From positions 16,244,001 through 16,308,000 of the forward strand of contig OX597833.1 of the NCBI GenBank assembly GCA_951406725.2: a DNA stretch of 64,000 nt, written 5' to 3'. Both the position numbers and the translations under genes were made by a program. The notes under the pieces are model-generated. The model saw only the letters and a list, made by a program, of their open reading frames with translations. It searched no databases and had not been told where the DNA came from. This DNA is from Octopus vulgaris (Eukaryota). Below, piece after piece: positions 51,622 to 64,000 of the stretch. How positions within the stretch are numbered: the stretch's first letter is position 1; each line of letters opens with the position of its first letter.

Positions 51622-54571
51622 ACATCAGAGGACTGCAAACACTCAGTAACAGGACAAAGATCCCGTTCCTGAGAGACTTTGTTGCATGCAATCAAGCCTT
51701 ATGCATAGCACTTACAGAAACGCACCTGAAACCGGACATAGCAGATGCGGAGTTACACATACCACAGTATGCTGTACTACGGACCGACAGGAAAGAAAGG
51801 AGTCATGGAGGTGTTGCTATGTACATCCGTGAGGACCTCACACCCCAGGTCCTCTTGTCATACTCAAACTCGGTGTGTGACACACTAATTGTACATATTA
51901 GGCAACTTGATATAGTTGTGTGTGCTACATATCGCCCTCCAGATGCCCCAAGCCATGTGGGCAAGTTTGAAGACTGCCTTATAAAAATAGAAGAAATTCT
52001 AACCACATTAGAACAACACATAGGTGTGCTTCTTATGGGAGACTTCAATCTGCCCAATGTCAGATGGCCCGAGGGCCTTTCTCTCCCAGGAAATACAAGA
52101 TGTGAACGAGGACAGGCGAGGTCCCTCCTGAACCTCATCAACACCCTGTACATGGAGCAGGTAATACTCCAACCAACCAGGGCAGGTAACACACTGGATC
52201 TCTGCTTCACAAATGACATGGATCTCATCCATAATGTGAAAGTGACACCGACACTACTCTCGGATCACAACATGATAGAGCTGACCATGTACGGGCCAAA
52301 AGAGAGCACGGACATTCAGCCTACAAGAAACCCTCAAAATCTTTCCAGCTTGAACTACCATAAGGCAAACTGGAAACAAATTGAGAAAGAGATCCTCAAA
52401 CAAAACTGGCCTAAATGTCTCTCCTCGCCAGACATCGACGTGAAACTTCAACAATTCATGTCTGTAATGCAAGCCATATGCTACAAATGTGTCCCAGAGA
52501 GAAAGGCCACTGTACACAAGAACAAAATCCCCAGAGAGAGGAAAATTTTAATGAGACGGCGTACGAAATTTTCAAATCGCCTAAACAAACAGATTGAAAG
52601 CAGTGAAAAGTCCCGCCTAAAAATAAAACTGTTGGAAATCGAAAAAAGTCTGCAACGCTCCCATGAAAAAGAAAGAGCAGACAAAGAAGCCTGGGCTATA
52701 GAAAACATAAAATCTAACCCCAGAGCTTTCTACAGGTATGCCAAAGAAACAGCTACAGTGCACTGTAGAATAGGGCCACTCCTCGAAAAGGATGGCACAC
52801 TTACAGGAAAACCAATGAGGGTAAGTGAAATACTGAATGAGCAATTCAAGAGTGTTTTCACTCCACCCCTTGGGCATCTCCAAATCACCAATCCAACTGA
52901 CTTTTTTACCACTGCAGATATAAAATCAGAGGCGGCGACGATAGATTACATCGATATAAAGGAAGACGATGTAACCAAGGCTATAGATGAAATGAAAACA
53001 GACTCAGCTACTGGCCCCGATGGATTCCCGGCAAAATTCCTCCTAAAAGCATGTAAGAGAGTCCTAGCAAGACCACTGCAGTTCCTCTTTCAGAGCTTCC
53101 TTGCAGCTGGCAAACTTCCAGGAAAACTGAAGGAAGGTAAAATATGCCCCATTCATAAAGGAGGTAGCAGAGCGGAAGCCAAGAACTATAGACCTATCTC
53201 TCTGACCTCACACATCAGCAAGGTCATGGAACGAATAGTCAGAAGGAAGCTGATCACCTTCCTTGAAGAGAATGACTTGCTGCCCGACACCCAACATGGT
53301 TTCCGACCAGGAGAAGCTGTTTAACTCAGCTCCTACAACACTATGACTGGGTGCTGAAACGGCTGCTCAACCACTCAAATGTGGAAGTGATATATCTCGA
53401 CTTTGCAAAGGCCTTTGATAAAGTCGATCATGTAATGATATGTCACAAACTGCGTGATCTCAACATAGTTGGAAAACTGGGGGAATGGCTTCATGACTTT
53501 CTGAAGGATAGAAGTCAGGTGGTAGTAGCCAATGGGGCCACCTCCATTAACACACAAATAGTGAGCGGTGTTCCGCAGGGCACTGTTCTGGGACCACTAC
53601 TGTTCATAATGGCCCTCTCAGACATGCCCTCAGCCACGCAGAGAGCCACGATCACAAGTTATGCAGATGATACAAAAGTTTCACGGGCAATACAGAACCC
53701 TGAGGACACTAAACACCTGCAATGTGAGCTGGACGAAATATACAAGTGGGCTGAAAAGAATAGCATGCAGTTCAATGCTGGAAAGTTTCAAGCTTTATAA
53801 TATCAGCATGCAAAACTGAATGCAATACCCAATGAATACACTGGACCCGGAGGGATTGCAATCCCAGAGGCACAATCAGTGCGTGACCTGGGTATTCACA
53901 TGAGTGATGACGCGACCTTTCATGTACATGTTGCTAAACTGACAATGAAATGTAGACGGCTGGCTGGATGGATTCTTAGAACCTTTAGAACAAGAGAACA
54001 AGAAACCATGATGGTCCTCTGGAAGACACTTGTCCTAAGCCACTTTGACTATTGCTCTCAGCTATGGTCACCATCCAGTGTCAAGTTGATCACAGAACTT
54101 GAGGCGATCCAACGAAGCTACACAAAGAAGATAGCCTCTATGCAGAATGTAGGCTACTGGGAAAGACTCAAGAGATTAAAATTATATTCCCTGGAGCGTA
54201 GGCGGGAAAGATATGCCATAATATACATCTGGAAGATCCTGGAGGGAAGTGTCCTGAACTTTGGCATCGAGAGTTACGCAAATGCCAGAACTGGGCGCCA
54301 CTGTGTGGTGCCTAGGACTCCAAACCTGCCATCAAGATGTAGGACAAGATTCTGTGATAGCCTGGGCTTCCGAGGCCCACAGCTCTTCAATATCCTCCCG
54401 AAGAACCTGAGAGACCTGCATGGGGTGGATACAGATGTCTTTAAAATGAAGCTGGATCTCTTCCTGTCAGGTGTCCCAGATGAACCAACTTCACGGCAGG
54501 AGGGGCAGATGAGGGCAGCTGCATCGAACTCTCTCATGCACCAAATAGCAGTTGCTAGAAAGCCTCCATGA
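51573..54571 (+). pseudogene. LINE ORF2 (APE endonuclease plus reverse transcriptase) with one frameshift (~53310) and one stop (53798-53800)
   Basis: LLNIRGL, ALTETHL, MGDFN, SDH; GPDG, NYRPISLTS, QHGFRPG, YLDFAKAFDKV, GVPQGTVLGP, YADD, YSLERRR. Confidence 0.9.
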
Positions 54572-54639
54572 AGTGAAACCAAGTAGCAACACCAAATGGC
54601 GGTGCCCCAGCATGGCCACAGCTCATAAGCTGAAACTAG

Positions 54640-54671
<32 letters not shown>

Positions 54672-54672
54672 T

Positions 54673-54832
<160 letters not shown>

Positions 54833-54976
54833 ATATATTATATATATAAATATATTATATATATAAATATATTATATATATAAATATATTATATATATAA
54901 ATATATTATATATATATAAATATATTATATATATATATATATTATATATATAAATATATTATATATATAAATATAT

Positions 54977-55012
<36 letters not shown>

Positions 55013-55022
55013 AAAGGATAAG

Positions 55023-55280
55023 GTGGAGGCGCAATGGCTAGGGCAACGGACTCGCGGTCGTAGGATCGCAGTTTCGATTCCTAGACCGGGCGTTGTGAAT
55101 GTTTATTGAGCGATCCCTGCTGTACTCTTCCGCCAGAACTTTCTCTCACTCTTTCTTCTGTTGGTCTGCCCGCTTAGCCAGAGGGGTGGCGTCATTTGAA
55201 GGCTAAAACAATGCGAAGCGCATTGTGACCAGCGATGTGTAGCAACATCTGAGAGCCTGGTCGGTCACGGTGATCACGGT
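55023..55280 (+). mobile_element. SINE family C, tail type 2 (internal deletion)
   Basis: Head gtggaggcgcaatggc; tail ggtcacggtgatcacggt. Confidence 0.85.
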
Positions 55281-55283
55281 GGT

Positions 55284-55748
55284 ATAAGGATGAGATCGTT
55301 AATTCAAAATAAAACAACGATCTTATAATTAACCTTCAAAGGTAATAATTATTATTAAAATTATAACTTAAGGCATCTACGAGATACCGCCACGCTGAAA
55401 ATAGCAGCCATGATCTAACTCTAAAACCACCTTAAGTGTTCATATCGCACACGGTGAGAAGACAAAAAGACAAAATAAAACAAGTAAAAAATCCCAGAAA
55501 TCCGGGATCTGGAATTATCCAGTAATTTTTTACTAGTTTTATTTTGTCTTTTTGTCTTCTTTCCGTGTACTATATGAACACTTAATATGGTTTTAGAGTC
55601 AGATCATGACTGCTATTTTCAGCATGGCGGTATCTCGTAGATCCCCTAATTTATAATTTTAATAATTATTATTACGTTTGAAGGTTATTATTTCCATGCT
55701 GGCCACTTGATAAGATCGTTGTTTTATTTTAAATTAACGATCTCATCC

Positions 55749-55752
<4 letters not shown>
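55284..55752. mobile_element. Palindromic foldback MITE
   Basis: ataaggatgagatcgttaatt...aattaacgatctcatccttat; arms of ~210 bp. Confidence 0.85.
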
Positions 55753-55791
<39 letters not shown>

Positions 55792-56749
55792 ATATGATAT
55801 ATTGTGCATATTAAAATTATGATTTCTTTCTACTACAATAATGGGTGAAGAAGTAATTTTGATTACTTTTTCGAATGTGATTTGGCATATTGTCTGTTTA
55901 TGTAGTCTGCGATATTCAAAAAACCGTCATCGAAATTTTGTAGAGGTTTTATAAACACTTCAAATATTTCTAAACATTCTCAGCCATTTTCAGTGTTTTC
56001 TAGGTTAAGATCGTTAAGAACATTTCCATTTAGTCATCCTCGCTCTCTTGTTCACCTTTAAGCATGCTTCAAAGTTCTTCAGATTTTTTTTCTGTTTTGA
56101 TTTGTCTTCTTATTTTTTTTTTTGGTTTTTTTTTTTGGTTTTTTTCAGACAATATGAAGAAAGCGAATAAGAAACATTTATTTACGCGTCAAATATTTTT
56201 TTCAATCCTTCTCATATTTTATGATCTTTTCTCAAGTTGTTTTCAATTTATTTCTATTTCATGTTGACTTGTAAAATCAAAATATCTTTTTTTCTTTAAA
56301 ATCTTTTCTATACATGACGCGTTCGACGAATGAAAGGAATATTTAACATTTTATAAATTTGCAACATTTAAAATTTTCTGTTTTAGCTTCGCATTCTTGA
56401 TTCTCGCTAACTTAGTAAACTAATTACAATTTTGAATATGCAATTAACTGAACTGCTATTGTGTAATAAGTGATTGTTTGTTCCTTCCCGAGCCATGCCT
56501 GGCTCATAAGGGCCGGTTTCCCGGTTTCCTTGGCGTATAGGTTCCCCACCTGGACAGGACGCCGGTCCATCGCAGGTGAGCTGCAAGAAACAGGAAGAAA
56601 GAGTGAGAGAAAGTTGTGGCGAAAGAGTCAGCAGAAGTTCGCCATTGGAAAGTAAAAGCTGGTCTCGGTAGGATTTCATTTTAAAACATAAAGGGCCGGA
56701 GGAAATGCAACTAAACATTTTGTCCGACATGCTAATGATCTTAACAGCT

Positions 56750-58115
56750 CGCCGCTTTTCTAATACATTTAGCTCTTATTTATCATACTCAGATTTCTTT
56801 AACCTTTTCCGGTCATTTTTCAATCTGTTTCAGTTCATAGTTAATATCTTTCTGTTTTATCACCATGACCAGCTAGAATATCAGATGTTGATACACATCG
56901 CTGGTCACAATGCGCTTGGTATTGTTTTAGCCTTCATATGACGCCACCCCGCTGGCTAAGCGAGCATGCCAACAGAAGAAAGAGTGAGAGAAAGTTGTGG
57001 CGAAAGAGTACAGCAGGGATCGCCACCACCCCCTGCCAGGGCCTCGTGGAGCTTTGGGTGTTTTCGCTCAATAAACACTCACAACGCCCAGCCTGGGAAT
57101 CGAAACCGCGATCCTCCGACCGCGAGTCCGCTGCCCTAACCACTGGGCCATTACGCCTCCACCTTTCTGTTTTATATTTCCATATATCTGTCTGTTTGCT
57201 TATCCTTTCTAACCCTTTCTACTCTTTCCAAAATCTCTTTTATTTCTCCCTTGATCTCATTCTACTCCAACATCTTCCCCTCCTTACTACCATTGCCCCA
57301 TTGTTTAATCTTTTCCCGTTCATTCAGTCGAGTTCCGGACGGCTTTTCTTTCCTTTCAATTATTACTCTCAGTATATTTCGTTTGTTTCTTTCCCTTCTC
57401 GAGGTTTCTAATCCTATTTTACTAATATTCATGGTGTCTCGATCTTTTTATAACAATATCTGTTGTATATCACGCTTCAGTGAATCTCATTGTCATTTGA
57501 CATTTATATATTCACCCAATTCATGTTTTTCATTATTTTCTGTCCTTTTAATACTTACAATAAATTTTTAGTAATATTGATTCTTTTCCAATTTTTCTTA
57601 CTGCTTTTTGTATTCTCGGAAATTTTTCAAAAGTGTTTTCAACTATTTCATATTTTAGGTTTTTTTAAAAAGTATTGTTAATCTAAACTTTCACTCCATT
57701 TTCTCTCTTTTATTCCATATTCATCCAACTTCTTTCAGTTTTCGTCGTTGTTTTATGATGTTCAAACACTTTTTATTGTTGATAGCATTTTTCAGCCGAA
57801 TTTTACAAGTGAATTTTTTCATTGCGTTCCTTATTCTTTTTATTATTATTGAGTGAGAGAGCAGTGCATGCCATCAGAGTGACACTGGGGTAAAATATAC
57901 GAAGCCCAATATACCCATCTTGACTACCCGTCTGATAAGGGTACGCCAGGCACATGCATCACAACCATATGTGCGCGATATGGTGATCTATCAAGATAAA
58001 CAACACACGACCTTGCAGGTGGGGCCCAGTTAGAACTTTCTTCTGGTCGAGTAGCCCATACCGCTCAAAAGGTCCCTGAATAAGGATTGTTTAAGGATGT
58101 TGAACGAACCACCCA
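56750..58115 (-). repeat. Second arm of the inverted duplication (includes a SINE C copy at 56865-57162)
   Basis: Reverse complement of ~40357-41985. Confidence 0.9.
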
Positions 58116-58364
58116 TGTTTCCAAATGTGAATTATTCAAACCCCAAAGAATCCTTCTCAACACATGGCTATGATGCTCCCCCACTACTTCTGCTCGTGAT
58201 CTGAGAAGCACATATCGTCAGCCACTAAGGGACATGGTCAACTGGTTAAAGTTAAACAATTGACAAACAAATCTGTGGTATTGAGCAGAATATTTGCTGT
58301 AGCCCATCTTTTATACCAAGACAAAACAATGTACATGATAGCACTTCCAATCATTATTATTATT

Positions 58365-58662
58365 CTATGTTTGACTTTTGCTTTATATTTGTACAAGTTG
58401 TCTCTTGAGGTCTCTGGGTGAGACTTGGAGCCAACAAGTTGGAAGTTCATGTTGATGTTATGCTTAGGGTGCCATATATTTGGTTTTGTATTTAGTGTTG
58501 TACTAGTGAATGTCTAAAAAACCATACGAAAATTATGTTTGTTTTAAAACTTGAGATTACACAGAAAGTATTTTGCGTAGGATTTGAGCAGTTCCCATAA
58601 GCACTATCTTTTGAATTTCTGCCATTTTTGGGGTTTCCTGGTATCTGAGTTAGGTAGCAATC
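58365..58662 (-). mobile_element. R4/Dong-like LINE 3' end in (AAT)n
   Basis: YLTQIPGNPKMAEIQKIVLMGTAQILRKILSV*; TAA repeats on both sides. Confidence 0.75.
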
Positions 58663-58708
<46 letters not shown>

Positions 58709-58962
58709 TTGCTGCGGAATAGTTCAGACGTAATTTTGACCATATTGTGTAAGTCTCTCTTGGAATCGTTGTTTTTCACCAGTTTTGTGTCTTTATGTGC
58801 ATATATTTTATTGTAATTTGTCATTAAGGGAACTAGAAATTCTTTGGCTGGTGTTTTATGTTAGCTTTAGCTCTTAAAGAGCAAATTTTGCCTCCTGAAA
58901 ATAGCTCGGTGACGTTAAGAGAAAAAGAAATCCACGTTCAAGATGTCGGTGTCCTCAAGGAA

Positions 58963-59198
58963 AAGGCGGCGAGCTGGCAGAAACGTTAGCACGCCGGGCG
59001 AAGTGCCCAGCCGTATTTCGTCTGCCGTTACGTTCTGAGTTCAAATTCCGCCGAGGTCGACTTTGCCTTCATCCTTTCGGGGTTGATAAATTAACTACCA
59101 GTTACGCACTGGGGTCGATGTAATCGACTTAATCCGTTTCTCTGTCCTTGCTTGTCCTCTCTGTGTTTAGCCCCTTGTGGGTAGTAAAGAAATAGGTA
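58963..59198 (+). mobile_element. SINE family B monomer with TSD
   Basis: TSD tcctcaaggaa. Confidence 0.9.
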
Positions 59199-59392
59199 TC
59201 CTCAAGGAAGACGAAGTTTTCCTTCCTCTTCCTCAAATGCGAGGTATTTGCGTGGTGTGGTGATGGAAGCGAGAGCGGACAATAATAACAATACCAACAG
59301 CAAGCTGCCTAACGTCGGGGTACTAGGAGTTGGGAATACCACAGAAGAGCTCGGCAGCAGCACCATCAACAATAATTGCACGATGTTGAGCA

Positions 59393-59798
59393 TAGGTGCA
59401 GGAGTGGCTGTGTGGTAAGTAGCTTGCTAACCAACCACATTGTTCCGGGTTCAGTCCCACTGCGTGGCACCTTGGGCAAGTGTCTTCTGCTATAGCTCCG
59501 GGCCGACCAATGTCTTGTGAGTGGATTTGGTAGATGGAAACTGAAAGAAGCCTGTCGTATATATGTATATATATATTTTTTTTTGTATGTGTTTGTGTGT
59601 CTGTGTTTGTACCCCTAGCATTGCTTGACAACCGATGCTGGTGTGTTTACGTCCCCGTCACTTAGCGGTTCGGCAAAAGGGACCGATAGACTAAGTACTG
59701 GGCTTGCAAAAAGAATAAGTCCCGGGGTCGATTTGCTCGACTAAAGGCGGTGCTCCAGCATGGCCGCAGTCAAATGACTGAAACATGTAAAAGAGTAT
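59393..59798 (+). mobile_element. SINE family A
   Basis: Matches the family consensus. Confidence 0.9.
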
Positions 59799-60018
59799 GC
59801 AGAGTGGCAGCAAAAGTAGCAGCAGCAGCCGTTCAAAAATTTGGACCTGGAGATCTCCATTTGCAGCGACTTCGAGGACCACCTCCCAGTGGTGTCGGGC
59901 GTCAACGAAGAGCCCTCGACTACAAGACAACCAAAGTTTTTTTTTTTTACAAAGTCTGGGGTCTCCCGCCCCTAAGCCCTAGACCATCACCTAATCACCC
60001 TTACCCGTCTTGTTGCTT

Positions 60019-60127
<109 letters not shown>

Positions 60128-60360
60128 ACAACAGCAGCAACTCCACCACCACCACCATAACAACACCAACACCAAGCATTGACACAAATAATAGTAACAT
60201 CGTGAACAGCCAAAACAACACCAACAGGAGCCAGTCGATTAGATCGACCCCAGTACGAAACTGGTACTTAATTAGTCCCCGAAAAGATAAAAGGCAAAGT
60301 CAACCTCGGTGGAATTTGAACTCAGAACTTAAAGACAGACGAAATACCTATTTCTTTACT

Positions 60361-61500
60361 ATAACTCTGCTCCACACACAGTTTACGATTCTAATCAAGA
60401 TATTAAAAAAGATGTTGGCATTTGTCGTCAAAAGTGTGGTTCGAGGAAGCGCAGATATACGTAATTCGTCCAGGTTAATACTCAGCCTCCACCTCATGTG
60501 ATTCATCATAAAGAAGTAAACCAGGTTTCAGTGGGCTCTGATCAATTTAGGACAATCAAAAGAAGGAAGTAAACCAGGTTTCAGTGGGCTCTGATCAATT
60601 TAGGACAATCAAGAGCTTTCGCTAGGGTTGACCATCGATTCTTTAGGGAAGTTATCAAAGTAGCCTGTTACGATCCCGTTTTTAAAGGCTGGATCGTTTC
60701 AATGTATAACAGAATCTGCTCAGTGGTCAGAGTGAACGGCCACCAATCAGAACCGTTTCAGATCATATGCTCGGTCCACCAAAGATACCCTCTCTCTTCC
60801 CTTTTGTACATACTGACATCGAGCTACCACCTCGGAAACTGGAGCTGTTATAGAAGATCCCGCTCGAACCGCGAGGTGGAAGGACTGGGTAAGCATATGC
60901 GGACGACGTCACCGGAATGGTGTTGGGAACCTCAGAAATCGGGGTGGTCGGCAACTACCTAGAGGAATATGAAAAGCAGACTGGAGCAAAAATTAACCCG
61001 GGTAAATCAGTGGGTTTACAGATTAGCACATGGAAAGACAAATCCATGCCGCTCAACAGCATCGTGTGACGCTAGTCGGATGGACCGATGGAATTGCTTG
61101 GGTTTTAGTTTAGCCCACACTTACAAGTGGTTAAAAACTGGGACGAGTTAACGAGGAGTGGTCACTCGCCTAGAAATGGGCCGAGAGGAAGCGATCTCTG
61201 AGAAGTCGGGCAGAAGGGGCGAACGCGTATATCTGCTTTGTCATATATCAGCGGCTGACTGTCGTACCTTGCTCCAGCTCGTATCGCACCAAGTCAGAGC
61301 GTTTGCTCTTCCACTTCTAGTGGAAAGGATGGATTCCTCTGGTCAAGCGGTCCTTCTGCGCAGCGGATTCGACATGCCGGGGCTGAAAATGCGCAAATAT
61401 GCGTTGCGGCCGCAGCAATTGCAGATATTCCTAAGCAATAAACAAGCGTGGTCAACTTTGTCAAGCATGCCATTCCGCAACTTGTACTTGGGACATGCAA
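60361..61500 (+). mobile_element. Degenerate Tx1/L1-clade RT fragment
   Basis: ITLLHTQFTILIKIL...ALINLGQS...VDHRF...VRVNGHQSEPF...SVHQRYPLSSLLYIL...AYADDVT...YEKQTGAKINPGKS; internal ~50-bp tandem duplication at 60510-60612. Confidence 0.8.
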
Positions 61501-61508
61501 AGACCAAG

Positions 61509-62450
61509 TTAGCAGAATCTTCAGCACACCGGAAAAATGCTTAGAGGTATTTTGTCTGTCCTTTCGTTCTAAGTTCAAATTCCGCCGAGGTCGACTTTGC
61601 CTTTCATCCTTTCGAGGTCGATAAATTAAGTACCAGTTACGCACTGGAACCGATATAATCGATTTAATCGTTTGTCTGTCCATCTTTGTCCCCTCTGTGT
61701 TTAGCCCCTTGTGGGTAGTAAAGAAATAGGTATTTCGTGTGCCGTTACGTTCTGAGTTCAAATTCCGCCGAGGTCGACTTTGCTTTTCATCCTTACGGGG
61801 TCGATAAATTAAGTACCAGTTACGCACTGGGGTCGATATAATCGACTTAATCCATTTGTCTGTCCTTGTTTGTCCTCTCTGTGTTTAGCCCCTTGTGGGT
61901 AATAAAGAAATAGGTATTTCGTCTGCCGCTACGTTCTGAGTTCAAATTCCGCCGAGGTCGACTTTGCCTTTCATCCTTTCGGGGTCGATAAATTAAGTAC
62001 CAGTTACGCACTGGGGTCGATATAATCCGTTTGTCTGTCCTTGTTTGTCCTCTCTGTGTTTAGCCCCTTGTAGGTGGTAAAGAAATAGGTATTTCGTCCG
62101 TCTTTATGTTCTGAATGCAAACGCTGCCGAGGTGACTTTGCCTTTCATTCTTTCGAGGTCGATAAAAGAAGTACCTGTTGAACATTGGGGTCGATGTAAT
62201 CGATTATCCTCCTCCTCGTAAATTTGAGGCCTTGTGTAGAAGGGATTAAGGCGGCGAGCTGGCAGTATGGTTAGCAGACCCGGAAAAATGTTCTAGGGGC
62301 ATTTCTTTCGGCTTTACGTTCAGAGTTCAAATTCCACCGAGGTCGACTTTGTCTTTCATTCTTCCAAGGTTCACAAAATAACTATCATTTATGTACTGGG
62401 ACCGATGAAAGTGACTAGCCTCTCATCTAAAATGCCAGGCCTTCTACGAA
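61509..62450 (+). mobile_element. SINE family B array
   Basis: Head plus three 'aaagaaat'-tailed units, a unit with the ATT-type tail, and a further copy. Confidence 0.9.
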
Positions 62451-62625
62451 AAATTAATACGAAATAAATGTATTTACTTCTAATCCGGTGCTCATCATGA
62501 AGACTTTTGGTCTAAAGAAGAATTCACCTGATGCAGGAGTGAGTTTACTTGTGTCTTCTTCAAGTTTATTGAGAAGGAGATCGAATTAAACACATGCAAT
62601 TTAGAATCGAAATGAAGCAACATTA

Positions 62626-63119
62626 CCGTAAATCCTCGAGTATAATCCGTATTTTTTCCCCAAAATGTAAAGGTCAAAATCCCTAGTGCGTACTATATAC
62701 GAGGTAAAAATGAAAAATATTTTCTAAGCAATGTTCAAGTCTCTATTTGCTGTCCGGCAATGTTCATTCAGATGCATTTTGTGATGTGGGGCGCAAAAAT
62801 ACCTTAAGCTAAGCCTGAAAGCAATGAAGTCATAAAAGAATCATCCATAACTTGCAGTAAGCAATATTTATTAAACGTTATTACGGTTATTTCTTTATTT
62901 TCTGTAAATAAAATGCACAAAAAAGCTACACGTTTGCATTATGTTATATATACAATAATAATAAAGGATGTTACTGTATACACTTTAACAAACCAAGGAC
63001 GTTATATAGACCTCCTTGACTCAAGTTAGAGAAGGGGTGCGTATTATACACAAGGTTTTGGCTTTTCAGAGGTACAGCCTTCTAAAAATATCCTGCGTAT
63101 TATACTCAAGGATTTACGG
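62626..63119. mobile_element. TA-flanked MITE (pogo/Tigger-like TIRs)
   Basis: ccgtaaatcctcgagtataat ... attatactcaaggatttacgg with TA on both sides. Confidence 0.8.
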
Positions 63120-64000
63120 TAAGTCCAAAGAGGGTAATTATTTTACTTGGAAGAAATAGGTAAACAAGGGAAGCAACTTTTATGGTAGGGGAGGTAATTC
63201 AAGGCAAGGATGTAAAATGAAATATAAATATGGTTAATGGATGTCTTGTACTTCTCAGTTGTTCCAGTTTGAAATATTTCTCATCACCATATACGTAAAA
63301 TAACGTAGAAATTTCCTTTCACCACATTACGTACGGTTTATCGTCGGAATTTTTTATTCCATAGTTTCAAATTTTGACACCGGCGGAATTTGAAACAGGA
63401 TTGAAAACAGCCGGGAGAAATGCCGCTCAGCCGTTTTTACAAAGCATTAACCCTTCTAGTAGATCACCGGTGTAATTTTAGTTGCAAATTTTGGCACAAA
63501 ACCAACAATTATGGGGGAGAGGGTTACATCGACCACATCGACTCTGGTACGTGACAGGTACTCATTTTACCGTCATGAAAATATGAAATGTGAGTCAACC
63601 TCGGCAGAATTTCAACTCAGAACGTAAAAAACCGGAAAAAATCCTGCTAAGCAGTTGCTCCGAAGCATTAACCCGCCTGAATAATAATGATAATAATAAT
63701 AATAATCCTTTCTACTATAGACACAAGGCTGGAATTTGGTGGTGGGTGGGGAGGGAAACTAGTCGATTACATCAATCCTAGTGTTTCGCTCTTATCTAAT
63801 TTATCGACCCCGATAAAAGATGAAAGGCACAGTCGACTTGGATGGAATTTGAACTAAGAACACGACGAAGACAGAAGAAATGCCATTAAACATTTCGCCC
63901 GGGATTGCTAACGGTTCTCACAATTCACTTCCTGAAGAAGAAGAAGAAGAAGAAGAAGAAGAAGAAGAAGAAGAAGAAGAAGAAGAAGAAGAAGAAGAAG

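Overview
Eukaryotic, AT-rich, repeat-saturated DNA. The SINE families and microsatellite load suggest a cephalopod (Octopus-like) genome; this is an inference. I see no intact host gene, and most ORF-track entries are artefacts of microsatellites or SINEs. The supportable content is: (i) a near-full-length CR1/L2-group LINE (~50.7-54.7 kb) whose ORF1 carries a Myb/SANT-like domain and a CCCH zinc finger, and whose APE-RT ORF2 has only two visible lesions; (ii) Penelope-like element (PLE) fragments and many short pLTR-like inserts carrying minimal type-I hammerhead ribozymes, most of them in (TA)n tracts and several with non-canonical cores; (iii) at least four tRNA-derived SINE families, one sharing a covarying 3' hairpin with the LINE and one building head-less tandem arrays; (iv) remnants of Tx1, R4/Dong, CRE, RTE and CR1 retrotransposons, mariner/Tc1 elements and several MITEs; (v) an old inverted duplication (~40-44 kb vs ~56-58 kb) with a much more similar internal block, possibly overlying a decayed very-large-GTPase-like pseudogene. 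All calls were made by eye and boundaries are approximate.
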